From the NCBI RefSeq assembly GCF_000150275.1, contig NW_002060959.1, positions 246,371 through 310,370 of the forward strand: 64,000 nt of DNA. Reading direction: 5' to 3'. This DNA comes from Trichoplax adhaerens. Lineage: Eukaryota > Animalia > Placozoa. The position numbers were made by a program, and so were the translations under genes. Below, piece by piece: positions 1-12,440 of the stretch (its first letter is position 1; each line of letters begins with the position of its first letter). A model generated the notes under the pieces. It was not told the origin of the DNA. It was given only the letters and a program-made list of their open reading frames with translations, and ran no database searches.

Positions 1-486
1 ATCGCAAATGCATGGTTTTAATATGTACGGATAGCTTTTAATTAAGCTAATTTTCATCGGGATAAAGATTAATCAATTGGAAGGTGACTTTCTATAATAA
101 GAGACCTATCTGTATAGCAAGGTTCATAAAGATTGGTCTTTTTTAAGCGTTTCACTTATAGATTTTAAAATTTAAACATGTCGTAGAAAACGGATCACAT
201 TGTATAACAAGATTCGTGCGAGTGTACAGAGAATTTCAACCTATGCAGCTCAAATACCACTAATATATTTTTAAGTTAATGCGTTATTACCCTTTCAGAG
301 ACTGATTTCGTCCTTAAGATTGGTCGCAACCAACGTTACGAATCTTACGGACAAAATCAGTCTTAAGGCCTGCCGTAACAAATATGCAAAGGAATATAAA
401 GTCTATGATAACTAGCTGCTATCAGATTCCATAATCGAATTCTAATCTAACAATTTCATAAGCTTATTATTTTAAATACTAGGAAC

Positions 487-3136
487 CTTCTCATCGTCTC
501 CGTAGCCATTATATGCACTAGATTTAAAGAATTGCATAAGATTCAGAGAATCGTGCACATAGTCCTCTCCTATAACATGAAGAACAAGGAAAGGTATTAA
601 TGAAAGGACATACTAGACTTTACTAGTGTAAATTATCAAGCATGGATTCAACGCCATGATCACAATAAGAGACTACCGCTCAAAAGAATAGGTAATCAAC
701 CTGATTTTAAGCCAAAAGACAATTACATTTGAATAATCGATTTGAAAATCATTAAATTGTAAGACCTTGTTCTAGAAAGATGCGTGATCTATGTGCAAAG
801 TCTACGATGTGACTATATTCAATCTTAAGAACTATTATTACTGATACAGCAAAGGTATTAAAAAAGCGACGAGAAAAATCGAATTAATTAAATAAATGTA
901 GACATTCCTTTAAACATTAATAAAAAATTTTCTGATTTAGCTGCTACACAATTTGGTTGAAATCTATTTACCTTCGTGTAAAAGAGTTTCACGGTGTTTA
1001 TCGTACCTGATGATAGATTAAATAGCGACTATACATTAAACATTACAATCAAATTAAGTTGCAAAATCTTCGTTTTAAATGGCGCATAAAACCTTCGTAT
1101 CATAAATCAAGTTTTTAAACTAAACATTCCTGATTAATTAGTAATATCATTAATAATAATTCCCTTCTGTATCATAGAAAGTAATGAAGTGTCAGCTAAA
1201 TTGTGTAGTAAGCTAGTTGAGCAAGTAAAATACAAAAACTATGCTTATCCATTTATTCGCAAGTCATATATACAAGGATATAGTTTGAAAATGACCACTT
1301 AGGTTAATGTAGATTACACTAACGTTAAAGTTTTCACTCTACATGAAGCTAGATTAATATAAAAATTGATGACGAAATCTTATTTATTCCAAAGTTAACA
1401 AAATTTTAATCGATACATATAAATTACGGTTGCTACCCAGTATTATAAGTCGTGAGATCATTGGCACTTGAAAGAGTAAGAAATCTTTACAACTTAATCA
1501 TTGACATACCAAGCTCGTTCATGAGGATCGGAGAGAACTTCATATGCTCGTAAAATTTCAGTAAATAGTTGAGTATATTCTTCAGCCTGATTAATATTTT
1601 TATCTATATATTGATTAGTAAGAAATACCGAGAAAAACCTTTGTGAGTAATCTGTATGATAAACAAGTGCCTATATCCAATGCCTACGTAAGTGTTATCG
1701 AAAACTGAATAATATCACATTACCATCAACGCGACAGAATTAATCGACATTTAATATCTAATACGAGCAAGCGACTGAAATTACTATCGTACTTAATCTG
1801 CCATGAGCGACTATTGTCACATACATAGCGATGATTCTGATACTATTATAAAAGATGTCATGGTAATTGATTGCTATTTAAATGGCTTAAATTAACTTTT
1901 CTAGTGCAAGACTTTGAGTAGAGTGATAGCTTACCACAATCCATTCTAACCGGCTAAAAGTATTATTATACCCAAAGTAGTGTTTGAATATCAAATGCTT
2001 ATATGGAATTATCTGTGAATACAGTATACTGATTGCCAGCTAGTTTAACAATATTGGATAATTTAGATATCCATTGGATGGTTGTTTCTGTATCAATATT
2101 AGTAGTAATACTTGAGAAATATCTATAATACATCAGTCCTGTTCTGAATGAAGTGCTGTTTGACCAAAGATATAATTAATGTGATCGATTAATTTCTACT
2201 AGTTGATTGATCATCCTAGCTTGTTGTTTATGTACTTGATGTATACGTTGCCTCGTCATTAGAGTATGCGATCGTTGATTAATATGGTATTAAAGTGTAC
2301 TTGTGTTCCATGTTATTGACATTTACGAAAATACTATATGATTTACACTAACCAATGCTAGGTATAAACTGGAAGATAGACGAGTAGCGATGAGAACAGT
2401 ATTACCATATCACCTTGAGAATCAGTAGTATGCTTCTACTTGTACTTGTGCTCAATGTATTCGGTCATTCTGGGATTGAAGTAACGCATCAATCTACCTG
2501 GTTTGTGGATCATATTACTGCGCATAGACAGACCGAATACATTCAACGATCACCTTGGACGTGATCAGCGTAACGAAAAATAACTGCAATTTAATGCGAT
2601 CCGATACAACTATTTGATTCATTGAACTCCTATTGGTGTTGTATTACACACTGTACACTGTTCAGAATATCATTTACAATTTGGTCAGGAATGGTTGTAG
2701 TTTGAATTCATTGATTTTATTTTTTTTTCAGTATGATAAAGTAAGTAAGGGGGAAAAAAATGCATGTAGATGGTCTTTATTTATTATTCATCCTAAAATT
2801 ATATAGGAGTTGATACTATTCTGAAAAAGGAATTAATACTGTAGAATACATTCATTTTGCTGATGCAGCAAAATGAATGAAACTACAGCCAATGCTAGTT
2901 TGCTAAAAAATCCATGATTCTGAATATCCTTCTCATATCATTCTTAACTCAGCATAAAGTAGGGTTATTAAGCAAGTAAGAAGTGGATAGATTCTATTCT
3001 ATTTTAAATAACTGTCGACTTATCACCAGCATCGATTACCTGGATGATATTTTAAAGCCAGTTTCCTATAAGCCTTTTTCAATTCTTGCGTAGTGGCTGT
3101 TCTTTCCACTCCCAAAACTTCGTAGTAACACCTCAT
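487..3136 (-). CDS. DNAJC21: DnaJ homolog subfamily C member 21 (Jjj1-like), 5' part. Exons 3136-3040, 1603-1510, 1006-972, 569-487; continues beyond the left edge
   Basis: Manual splicing at GT-AG sites with consistent phases gives [103 protein letters not shown]. This is a J-domain with HPD followed by the DNAJC21-typical ERAWYD.HRE and YxGYGDDEK segments. Confidence 0.92.
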
Positions 3137-3182
3137 GATAGGCTACATTGAATGGATGAGCTAAGCAGGAATGTACCGCTAG

Positions 3183-3240
3183 CCAATGCAATAAATGACC
3201 AATCACAAGAGTAAAACTACTCCTTGATGCTGACACCAAT
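3183..3240 (-). promoter_or_regulatory. Three CCAAT boxes, putative DNAJC21 promoter
   Basis: CCAAT at 3183, 3199 and 3236, about 50-100 bp upstream of the DNAJC21 ATG at 3136. NF-Y boxes work in either orientation. Confidence 0.45.
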
Positions 3241-3427
3241 GCAGATTTCGATTTGTGAATGATGGAATGATCCCCTACAAAGCGGCCGAATTTGCAATGA
3301 ATATTGCAGGTGTCCAGTTGCAGCTGGCTAGATGATCCAGTCCAGCGAGGACTTTACGCCGGTCACTGTCCTTCAGGTAACCAAGTAACGGAAACACTGT
3401 AGGATTCCGTTGAAGACTGTTCAGTAA

Positions 3428-3675
3428 CTGTACAGTACAGTACAGTAATGTAGTAGTATTGTCTCTTCGGTGTCCGTCTGATGCAAGACGATGATAAGAC
3501 TGTACTGTACTGAGTGTACTGTACACTGTACACTGTACAGTAGTCGATCACCGTACAGTACAGTGTACAGTACTGAGTTGTCCTTCCTGAGTACTATGTA
3601 CTGTAATAGAACTGTCTCTTCGGTGTCCGTCTGATGCAAAACGATGATAAGACTGTAATATACAGTACTGTACTA
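3428..3675. repeat. TACAG/CTGTA pentamer-rich tract with a 44-bp direct repeat
   Basis: GTCTCTTCGGTGTCCGTCTGATGCAARACGATGATAAGACTGTA at 3461-3504 and 3614-3657 (1 mismatch), set among TACAG/CTGTA runs. Confidence 0.85.
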
Positions 3676-4362
3676 TGACTTTTAAAAACCGATTCAATGC
3701 CTGTTGCCTGTAGGTTATTGAAACTCTAGTTTTTGCGTTAATACTTATGTAGAAGTGATTAGCTAAAAAGAGACGGCCTCCCTTTATTACAATTTCTTAT
3801 TAAAAATCCGAGTAAATAGCGATGACAACTGAAGTTAGTGAAATTATTAAAGAATCACTTCAAGAGTTCAAGTTCATTTAGGGGCAACTTGGTAATGCGT
3901 AATGACTAATTGAAGTGTCAAAAGTTATCATTACATGTAAATAGCGATAGCGATTACATCCATTGCCATTTCTTTTAGTATTATACACTCCTACAACACA
4001 GATTCATCTTAATATTTGAAAAATTTTATACGCCCAGATTCGTTTAAAACAAATATTTTGATGTTTTCTATGAAGGATTAAACCAATAGAAATGACAAAA
4101 ATATCGGCATAATATTAATTAGGACAAGTTCTCCGAAAAAATCTGCAATATGAGTAGTACATTTACAGTCATCATACTGTTTTTACCCGGCAATAATCAC
4201 TTATTACTTGATAACGGGACTAGAGAAAATATTTTAATAATGTTATTGAATAATGATCAATCATTATGGTCGAACAACATCAAAACAGTTGCAATAGTAA
4301 TCTTGTCCTTTAAGACAACCTCAATACCATTTAATTTTATCTATCAATTATATTATGATACA

Positions 4363-5937
4363 TTATCCGATATTCATATCGCTAGTATCTGGTAGAAATA
4401 GTGATACTACACCGCCTAACAGTCCTATCAATGCAAACAGTATCAAGCAAGCTGTACAATTTAGGTTAAAGAGTTCAGCAAATATAAACATACCTAAAAT
4501 ACAAGAGCTAATGGCAGAAAAATTTAATATACCCATAGCAGTCGACCTTACATGCGTTGGAAACAATTCTAAAGTCCAGGTAGCTAAAGGAATCCATCCG
4601 TTATTTGCAACCATCGTAAAAACACACACAAGGATCCTGACTGCTATGATATCATCGATTATTAGCATTGCAGCTATAGAAAATACAGCAACAAAGACTA
4701 AAATGATGAATAACCATTTTCGACCTACTCGATTGACTAGCGTAATACATGCAATCGAAAGGGGTATAGTTAGTACATTACCAATTAAAATGTTAACACT
4801 GACACTTGTTATTTGCTCAGTACTGACACATACTGGACTATTGGTATACAAATGATGATTCAAAGGGGACGGCGAAGTTTGATTATAAGTATGCCAACAT
4901 CGTTTACCCATAGTATAATATGAAACCACGGTCGGTAGCCATACAATTAAGCCTTCTTGACTGAAACAGTAACCCATCCACGCTGCTGATAATAATAGTA
5001 ATCGCTTAAGCCATGGTTGCTGATATAATTTTTCGCCTTTTTGCTTTTTAGTATTAGACTCATCCATTTCATCGCCTCTTATAACTATGTCGCCTAACCT
5101 TGATTTAATTAACTTTTCAGATGAAGAGCCATTTCGTTTACAAATTGAATTGATTCGATCTATTTTATCTAAAATAGGTTTAATACCGTCTTTGTTAACT
5201 ATTGCAAATCGTATACTATTCGGCATGTAGAGTAGAAGACAAAAACCGAATAGAACTGGTATATTAGTTACTAGAAGATACACACGCCAGCTAGAAAAAT
5301 GGATCTGGCCTAATTTGATATGAAGTGGATGAGGCAATATAACTAACGCCATTAAAGAACAATAAAGGCCTCCAATTATTACAGCTATAGCTGTACGACA
5401 TCCGAGCAACTTCCCTCTAAATGGTCGAGGGAAAAATTCCAACGCGTACGAACCACTGATAGCAGCCATAGCACTATCAGCAAAGCCAATTATCGAAGCC
5501 ACGATGACTAACATAGTATAGTTGTAAGCAAAAGCAGCTACTACGATCATTATTAAGTAGACGGATATAGAAATGATTAGAATTTTTCGTCGACCTAGGG
5601 TATCACTTAATTTACCCAAGACGACTGAACCAACTGCAATGCCGACCATAAAAGATATACTTAGCCAACCTTTATTGCTTTGGTTTATACCTATATCACA
5701 GGCAGTTATAACTATAAAACCAACGATGTTATAAAATATATTATATCCAGAATGGCAAAGTCCACTGGTTATAAATATAGCATAATGAAATAATCCAATG
5801 TCTAAGCTATCAACGATTTCATCCACACTTGACGACGAAGTAATAGATTCACAATTGAAATTACCCTCTGATTCGCTTAGTAATGCTGTTTTATCGTTAA
5901 TTTTGTCTTGTTCACTGTCCAATCCCTCGAAACCCAT
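4363..5937 (-). CDS. SV2-like MFS transporter, paralog 1 (most divergent), intronless
   Basis: About 12 hydrophobic segments, MFS motif A GKLSDTLGRRK, EFFP..RG, FSSWR, ELFPT.VRSTA, LPDT. First ATG is at 5937; the track start at 5949 is TTG. Confidence 0.9.
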   Translation of the reverse strand: MGFEGLDSEQDKINDKTALLSESEGNFNCESITSSSSVDEIVDSLDIGLFHYAIFITSGLCHSGYNIFYNIVGFIVITACDIGINQSNKGWLSISFMVGIAVGSVVLGKLSDTLGRRKILIISISVYLIMIVVAAFAYNYTMLVIVASIIGFADSAMAAISGSYALEFFPRPFRGKLLGCRTAIAVIIGGLYCSLMALVILPHPLHIKLGQIHFSSWRVYLLVTNIPVLFGFCLLLYMPNSIRFAIVNKDGIKPILDKIDRINSICKRNGSSSEKLIKSRLGDIVIRGDEMDESNTKKQKGEKLYQQPWLKRLLLLSAAWMGYCFSQEGLIVWLPTVVSYYTMGKRCWHTYNQTSPSPLNHHLYTNSPVCVSTEQITSVSVNILIGNVLTIPLSIACITLVNRVGRKWLFIILVFVAVFSIAAMLIIDDIIAVRILVCVFTMVANNGWIPLATWTLELFPTHVRSTAMGILNFSAISSCILGMFIFAELFNLNCTACLILFALIGLLGGVVSLFLPDTSDMNIG

Positions 5938-7429
5938 TTTCCCATACAAGTTTGCAAATAGATGAAGTGACTTAACTTATAATCAAATCAGCATTAGTAG
6001 TATTACTAAACATAGAATATCTAATTTCAATTTTAGAAAAACTATGGTGCTATTAGTACGAACTTTGCAATCAGGACTGTATTGAAACGTAAATAGATTT
6101 TACTTAGTAATAAGCTAATTCTGCTGGGTTACGAGAAGAAATCAACATTTCAATCAGTCATTATCAATATCTTTTCCCCCGAGGATTATGCCTATCCTAA
6201 TCATCTTTCTGTCATAGGAAATATAAACTGTGATGAAATGCGTTACATTGTTAACATTTCAATTCAAAAGATGCTTGATCTGAATTATTCGCTACTAACT
6301 GTATTTAGTTAAAGAATTTATATAGAATTTTATAAAAAGTATGATTCTATTCATCTAAATTAAATGCGATCACACACTATATCATGATCAGACTTTGCAT
6401 TAAGATCTTTAAAGCATACTAAATCTTTTAAAATATTACATCCATAATAAAAGAATAGATCTGTCAAAACTATCAAGAAACTTCCCGTAGGACTATAACA
6501 TAATACTATTGCTCTTTCCGTAGCAATGCATAATTGAATTGAGGCTAGCGTAGAATCCACTGTACTAATATAATATAGCTAGTAGCAAACAAAATTTAAT
6601 TAACCCAAATCCCTATTGTTAGATTCAATTCTCTAATATTAGAATAGGTTAGTTTTCTTGTCTAGAATATTTCCGAAGTTAGTCGGAGATTAAGTAAAGT
6701 AGATAGACTAGTTTAGGTCTGATCACAAAAGCTATTTCGTGAGAAGTTTTTTCATAAGATAAGAATATTACCACCTTATCAGACTTGTTATAATAATAAA
6801 ACACTAATAAGATAATGGATTCTAAAAAACGGAGAATTTACTTACTTCACCATTGGCTTACATTGTCTATCGTCTTTAACAATGTTTGCGATTTATGCAA
6901 GCCAATGGTAAAAATATATAATCAAAGTTAGTGTAAATTAATTATGCGTATGCTTAATACAAAAATTGAACATAGTCTATACAGGATATTATTGTCATCG
7001 AATTACATGCAGGCTAAATATTGCTGAAATGATACCTAATTCTACATACATTGAACTTTATTTAGACATATACAAACAAAGTTGAACTATAATACCGATT
7101 TTACATAGTCTTGAGAATCACCTACATATTGCATTCTAAAACCACTTATCGCTTGGAGATAAGCAGAATCAAAATAAGTTATTAACTATTCAACATATAC
7201 CAATCTACAACTTAGTTCAGGTTCAATAAATGATATCAATAGGCATATAGTATCATAATTAAGGAAAGAATTTGCTCCATTATTTTCTAATGAACAAGAT
7301 TTGACGCTGTATGTGTAACAATAATCTATTAGCGAACAAAATATTATTGGTACTGTGAGATTCCACAGTATGGTACATCGGTTTACTATGGATAAGTAAT
7401 ATTTTTAGAATCTGCTTTAGCAGAAATAA

Positions 7430-9040
7430 TTAATCAATATCAGCATTAGTTGTGTCCGGTAGAAATAACCCTGCTAATCCAGTTAGCAGACCTAACGATG
7501 AAAATATTATCAAAGTTGCGGTACAATTCTTATGAAACAATAAAGAGAATGTTATCATAGCTAATATGGATCCTGTGTGCCCTATTACATTGAAAATGCC
7601 GATAGCTGTTGATCGAACCTTTGTAGGAAATAATTCCGAACTCCAAGTTTTATATGGTATCCAGGTGTTGTTGCTAATCGATGTAAATAAACTCCCCAAG
7701 ATCAATGCACTTAATTCGTTATCTATTAGCAGTATTAATAAAATACAAAATCCACAAAATGTTATCATTGGCCAATAAAGCCATTTTCGACCGATGCGGT
7801 TCACCAATAATAGACACATGATAGCAATAGGTATAGAAAATAAATTTCCAAATAAGATATCCATAATGACTTTTTTCAAGTTCTCACCAACTTGACAGTG
7901 GAAACTATCAAAACCTAGATCATGCATTGCCTTTTGGGAAACGTTATGTATTTGATGATGGCTATGCCTACATACTTTACCACTTGTATAATAAGAAACG
8001 ACAGTTGGAAGCCATATGGTAAATCCTTGATCACTGAAACAAAATCCGAACCATCCAATAGATAGTAATAGAAATCGCTGAAGATATGGTGGTTTTAAAA
8101 AAAGTTGAAAGTGTCCTATTTCGTTTTGGAGTCCATTCTTAACTGCCATCTTATTCTGATCGTCAAGATGATCAGAAATTGGTATCAAAGGCATGGTGTA
8201 TTGTTTTGGAAAAATTTTATCATTTTGGCAGCAAGAATTTATACGATTAATTTTATCTAGTACAAGCCCTACAGTTTTCCTTTCAGATTTTTCCAATGCA
8301 AATCGTATACTATCAGGCATGCAAGGCATTATGCAGTAACCAATCAACATGGGAATAATATTAATGAGAAGATATAGTCGCCAACTTGAAAAATAGATGT
8401 TTCCCATACGTTTATAAAAAGGATGAGGTAAAATAAGTAAAGCGATAGTCGAACTAAATAAGCTTCCTAAGATTAAGAATCCAATCATACTTCCAGCCGC
8501 TATACCTCTATAACGTCGAGGGAAAAACTCAACTACGTAAGTATGAACAGATACTGCAAGGCCGCCGTGTGAACATCCAATTATCGAAGCCATAACCACT
8601 AACATGTTATAGTTAAAAGCAAATGCAGAAGCTAACATCGATATGACATTTATTGTTAAAGAGAAAAGAAGAATTCTTCTTCTACCATAAATATCAGCCA
8701 TTCTACCAAGTACGCCAACGCCAAGAGCAAACCCGATCACCAATGACATACTTAACCAACCCCTATTACTTGTATTAATATCTAAATCACATGCCGAAAT
8801 AATTATAAAACCGATCGCTTGGTAATATATACTATATCCAGCAAAGCAAAGGCCGCATGATATTAGAATCAAGTAATGGAATAATCCAATCTGTATATCC
8901 TCAACAATTTCGTCCATACTCGATATCGAATTATTCGGATCTATCGTAGAATCTGAATCAAAGCCAGCTTCTTCATCACTTTTTAATTTCTTTGTATTGT
9001 CATCGTCGTTGCCGCCAATACACTCTTCCTTGATGGCCAT
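7430..9040 (-). CDS. SV2-like MFS transporter, paralog 2
   Basis: 536 aa ORF with GRMADIYGRRR, SACDL, FSSWR, ELFPTKVRSTA. Confidence 0.92.
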   Translation of the reverse strand: MAIKEECIGGNDDDNTKKLKSDEEAGFDSDSTIDPNNSISSMDEIVEDIQIGLFHYLILISCGLCFAGYSIYYQAIGFIIISACDLDINTSNRGWLSMSLVIGFALGVGVLGRMADIYGRRRILLFSLTINVISMLASAFAFNYNMLVVMASIIGCSHGGLAVSVHTYVVEFFPRRYRGIAAGSMIGFLILGSLFSSTIALLILPHPFYKRMGNIYFSSWRLYLLINIIPMLIGYCIMPCMPDSIRFALEKSERKTVGLVLDKINRINSCCQNDKIFPKQYTMPLIPISDHLDDQNKMAVKNGLQNEIGHFQLFLKPPYLQRFLLLSIGWFGFCFSDQGFTIWLPTVVSYYTSGKVCRHSHHQIHNVSQKAMHDLGFDSFHCQVGENLKKVIMDILFGNLFSIPIAIMCLLLVNRIGRKWLYWPMITFCGFCILLILLIDNELSALILGSLFTSISNNTWIPYKTWSSELFPTKVRSTAIGIFNVIGHTGSILAMITFSLLFHKNCTATLIIFSSLGLLTGLAGLFLPDTTNADID

Positions 9041-10754
9041 GCTCGCATTTAAGAATAAATGAATCCCTAAATTAGATTATGTAATTGTGATCACTTCATA
9101 AGCTGCATAGTTAACAGACTGAAATATCGCTAAAACTAAAATATTAAAGTCTACAATCTTTACGAAATGGATTTTTAGCCCCTAAGATTCTCAATCTCTC
9201 GTGTCTGTTGTAATCTAAATTAAGAAAACACAATTGCTATAACTGGCAGAAATCAGTACACAGTTACTATATCGTTAAAGTAACTCTAAAATTTTTGTAT
9301 ACTGCATAACCAATCATTTTTTATCCCGTGGGGTATTATACTGAGCCTTGAATGCGACTATGATTATATGATTTTCTGAAATAGAATACATTGATTCTAT
9401 ACAAATTCCCATTGCGTACAATTAGTCAATCGATAACACCAGTAGCTTAACAATGCAAATTTAAATCGAATTCATAGAAATAGGTATATGCAAACATACT
9501 AAAATACTAATTTATCTTTGTTTTAAACTGAACTTGACTTTATGATTTAATCGCTAACATCAGTTTACGAATTACGAGTAGATATCCTATGACAATACTA
9601 TTATCTAGGTTTCTAAATTGAAATAATTCAATCGCTCTTTTCCAGATATGGTAAAGACAAAGATTGTTGATAGTTACCCTTATCACTTAAAGAATCGCTG
9701 CCGTGTTTACCTGATGGGTAACTTTATTATCTACTGAAGATGGAATAAAGCTTCTATTTTTGCTCATATTTTTTAATTTCACATCATTCAAGAGATTATC
9801 AAATCAAGATAGCTTTTCACATATTAGTCCATCTTCTAAGATTTGTTGTCTTTGGCGTCCAAAATTATTATTGCTGTTGGTCAACATTATTGGTTAAAAA
9901 TGCCATATAAATCTTATTTAGCAAATTATCACTTACTATAGAGAGTTTACCGTCGTTTACATCAAGGTTATACTATAATTAACTCTTGATTACAAAGCAG
10001 TAGTAAATCCAATTAAATTATATTTAATTAACGCCTACGATTTCTTATAGCAAATTCACCACCTTAGGAGTAATTTTAAGTGCGTTATCGGACGTACATA
10101 GCAAGATTATATCACTCAAATCTAGAATTTACTGATATTCTATATAGTATTATTTGTTGCAGAAAAATCAGTATTAGATAATCTATCTTTAACAGTGTAG
10201 TGCTTAGGTTTTACTACCCCTTACGTTCGCAGTCGTCGAACTCAAATTCTGAGTTATTAAAATTGAGCAAGTTTTTAACGTGACACAAGCTTTAAACAGT
10301 TTATGATGCCATTATTATCCATTAGTTCACTTACAATATAAATAGCGTCGTCTTTAATTATTTAGTAAAATTGAATAGTTTAAATGCTCTCTGGCAATTA
10401 CCTTTATTATGAATAAAGCAATTCGCTTTCGTGCCATTACATTTATTTCCCTTGCAGATTGTAGACTTTATTTAATTCCTCTCCCTCTCTGTATGTATAA
10501 TATTAACAATGGAGTAGAGGCCTAAAATATTAGCAATATGTGAATGTATCAGTAGTATTATAATTAAGATTGATAATGTCTAATTATTTTATAATAATCT
10601 AAAGTTAAGGCCACCTGCATAACGAAAATATCACAAGGTAAAATAATTATCGGTGCTACTGGATGACTCCTCATTACAGAAGTTTATAGTATACGCGTAT
10701 AATTTTAAATGAATACAGTGCTTATATTTGTTGAAAATATTTTCCAAAAAATAA

Positions 10755-12362
10755 TTAACTGATATCAACATTAGTTGTATCAGACAGAAATAATGCTGCA
10801 AACCCGCTTAATAGACCCAGAAATGAAAAAATTATTAAAGTTGCTGTACAACTCTTATAAAATAGTAAAGCAAAGATTGTCATGCCTAATATTGATCCCG
10901 TATGTCCTATTAAGTTTAAAATACCAATAGCGGTTGATCGAACCGTAGTAGGGAATAACTCTGAACTCCAAGTTTTATAAGCTATCCATACGTTGTTACT
11001 GATCGATGTAAATAAGCATCCCAATATCAATACACTTAGTTCATTATCTATTAGCAGCATTAATAAAATGCTCAATCCACAAATGGTTATCATTGGGCAG
11101 TAAAGCCATTTTCGACCGGCACGATTCACCAATAGTAAGCATATAATAGCTACAGGTATAGAAAACAAATTTCCAATTAGGATATCCGTAATAACTTTTT
11201 TTAAGCTCTCACCAGTTTGACAAAAGGACACATCAGGAAGTATAGGATGATTTGCTTCCCATGATGAATTAAGCATTTCGTGATTGTTATGCCAACATGT
11301 TTTACCACTTGTATAATAAGAAACGACAGTTGGAAGCCATATGGAAAACCCCTGATCACTGAAACAATTTCCGAACCATCCGACCGATAAAAATAACAAT
11401 CGTTGAAGCCATGGCCTTTTAGTGAACAAGCGAAAGTGTTCTATTTCATTTTGGAATCGATTCTTGTTTGTGTGCTCCTTGCTATCGCCTAGGCTAACAT
11501 GATCTGGTATCGAAAGCAACTGATATTGCTTATCTTTATCATTACTACATTTACAAAATGAATTAATTCGATCAATTTTATCTAGCACAAGCTTTATGCT
11601 TTTCTTTTCGGACTTTACTAACGCAAATCGTAAACTATCTGGCATGAAAAGCAGAATGCAATATCCAATTAGTATGGGTATGATATCAATAAGAAGATAT
11701 AGTCGCCAACTTGAAAAATTGATACCACCTATGCGTTTATAAAATGGATGAGGTAAAGTAATTAAGGCAACAGTCGAGCTAAACAAACTTCCTAAGATTA
11801 AGAATGCAACCATGCTTCCAGCAGCTAATCCTCTCTGACGTCGAGGGAAAAATTCTATAACGTAAGTATGGATGGTTACTGCTAGACCGCTGTGTGAACA
11901 TCCAATTATTGCAGCCATAACCACTAACATATTATAGTTATAAGCAAATACTGATGCAAACATCGACATTAAATTTATCGTCACAGAAAAAATAAAAATT
12001 TTTCGTCTACCATAAGCATCAGCCATTCTACCAAGTACGCCAACCCCAAGAGTAAAACCAATCATCAGTGATAAACTTAGCCATCCCTTGTTACTTGCAT
12101 CAATATCTAAATCACACGCCGAAATAATAATAAAACCAATGGCTTGGTAATATATGTTATATCCAGCAAAACATAGACCGCACGATAATACCATTAAATA
12201 ATGAAATAGTCCAACTTTTAAATTGTCAACAATGTCGTCTATACTAGACGTCAAACCATTCGAATCCATCGCACATCCTGCACCAGAATTTTCTTCGTCA
12301 TCACTTATTAAATGTTTGGTATCATAATCATAGTTATCGTTGCACTCGTTTTCGTTCGTCAT
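10755..12362 (-). CDS. SV2-like MFS transporter, paralog 3
   Basis: Same motifs as paralog 2. First ATG is at 12362; the track start at 12371 is TTG. Confidence 0.92.
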   Translation of the reverse strand: MTNENECNDNYDYDTKHLISDDEENSGAGCAMDSNGLTSSIDDIVDNLKVGLFHYLMVLSCGLCFAGYNIYYQAIGFIIISACDLDIDASNKGWLSLSLMIGFTLGVGVLGRMADAYGRRKIFIFSVTINLMSMFASVFAYNYNMLVVMAAIIGCSHSGLAVTIHTYVIEFFPRRQRGLAAGSMVAFLILGSLFSSTVALITLPHPFYKRIGGINFSSWRLYLLIDIIPILIGYCILLFMPDSLRFALVKSEKKSIKLVLDKIDRINSFCKCSNDKDKQYQLLSIPDHVSLGDSKEHTNKNRFQNEIEHFRLFTKRPWLQRLLFLSVGWFGNCFSDQGFSIWLPTVVSYYTSGKTCWHNNHEMLNSSWEANHPILPDVSFCQTGESLKKVITDILIGNLFSIPVAIICLLLVNRAGRKWLYCPMITICGLSILLMLLIDNELSVLILGCLFTSISNNVWIAYKTWSSELFPTTVRSTAIGILNLIGHTGSILGMTIFALLFYKSCTATLIIFSFLGLLSGFAALFLSDTTNVDIS

Positions 12363-12414
12363 ATTTTCCAAAAGCCAGATTGTAATTTAGACTGCAACGT
12401 ATAATTGTAATGGC

Positions 12415-12440
12415 TATATATATATATATATATATATATA
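12415..12440. repeat. (TA)13 microsatellite
   Basis: Perfect TA run about 50 bp upstream of the paralog 3 ATG. Confidence 0.95.

Noticed and set aside
3275-3639. Short ORFs over the TACAG tract
   Set aside because: Low-complexity translations of the repeat with no recognisable domain.
3461-3657. 44-bp repeat as a hammerhead ribozyme
   Set aside because: It has CTGATGC rather than CTGATGA, and no correctly placed GAAA core or stems.
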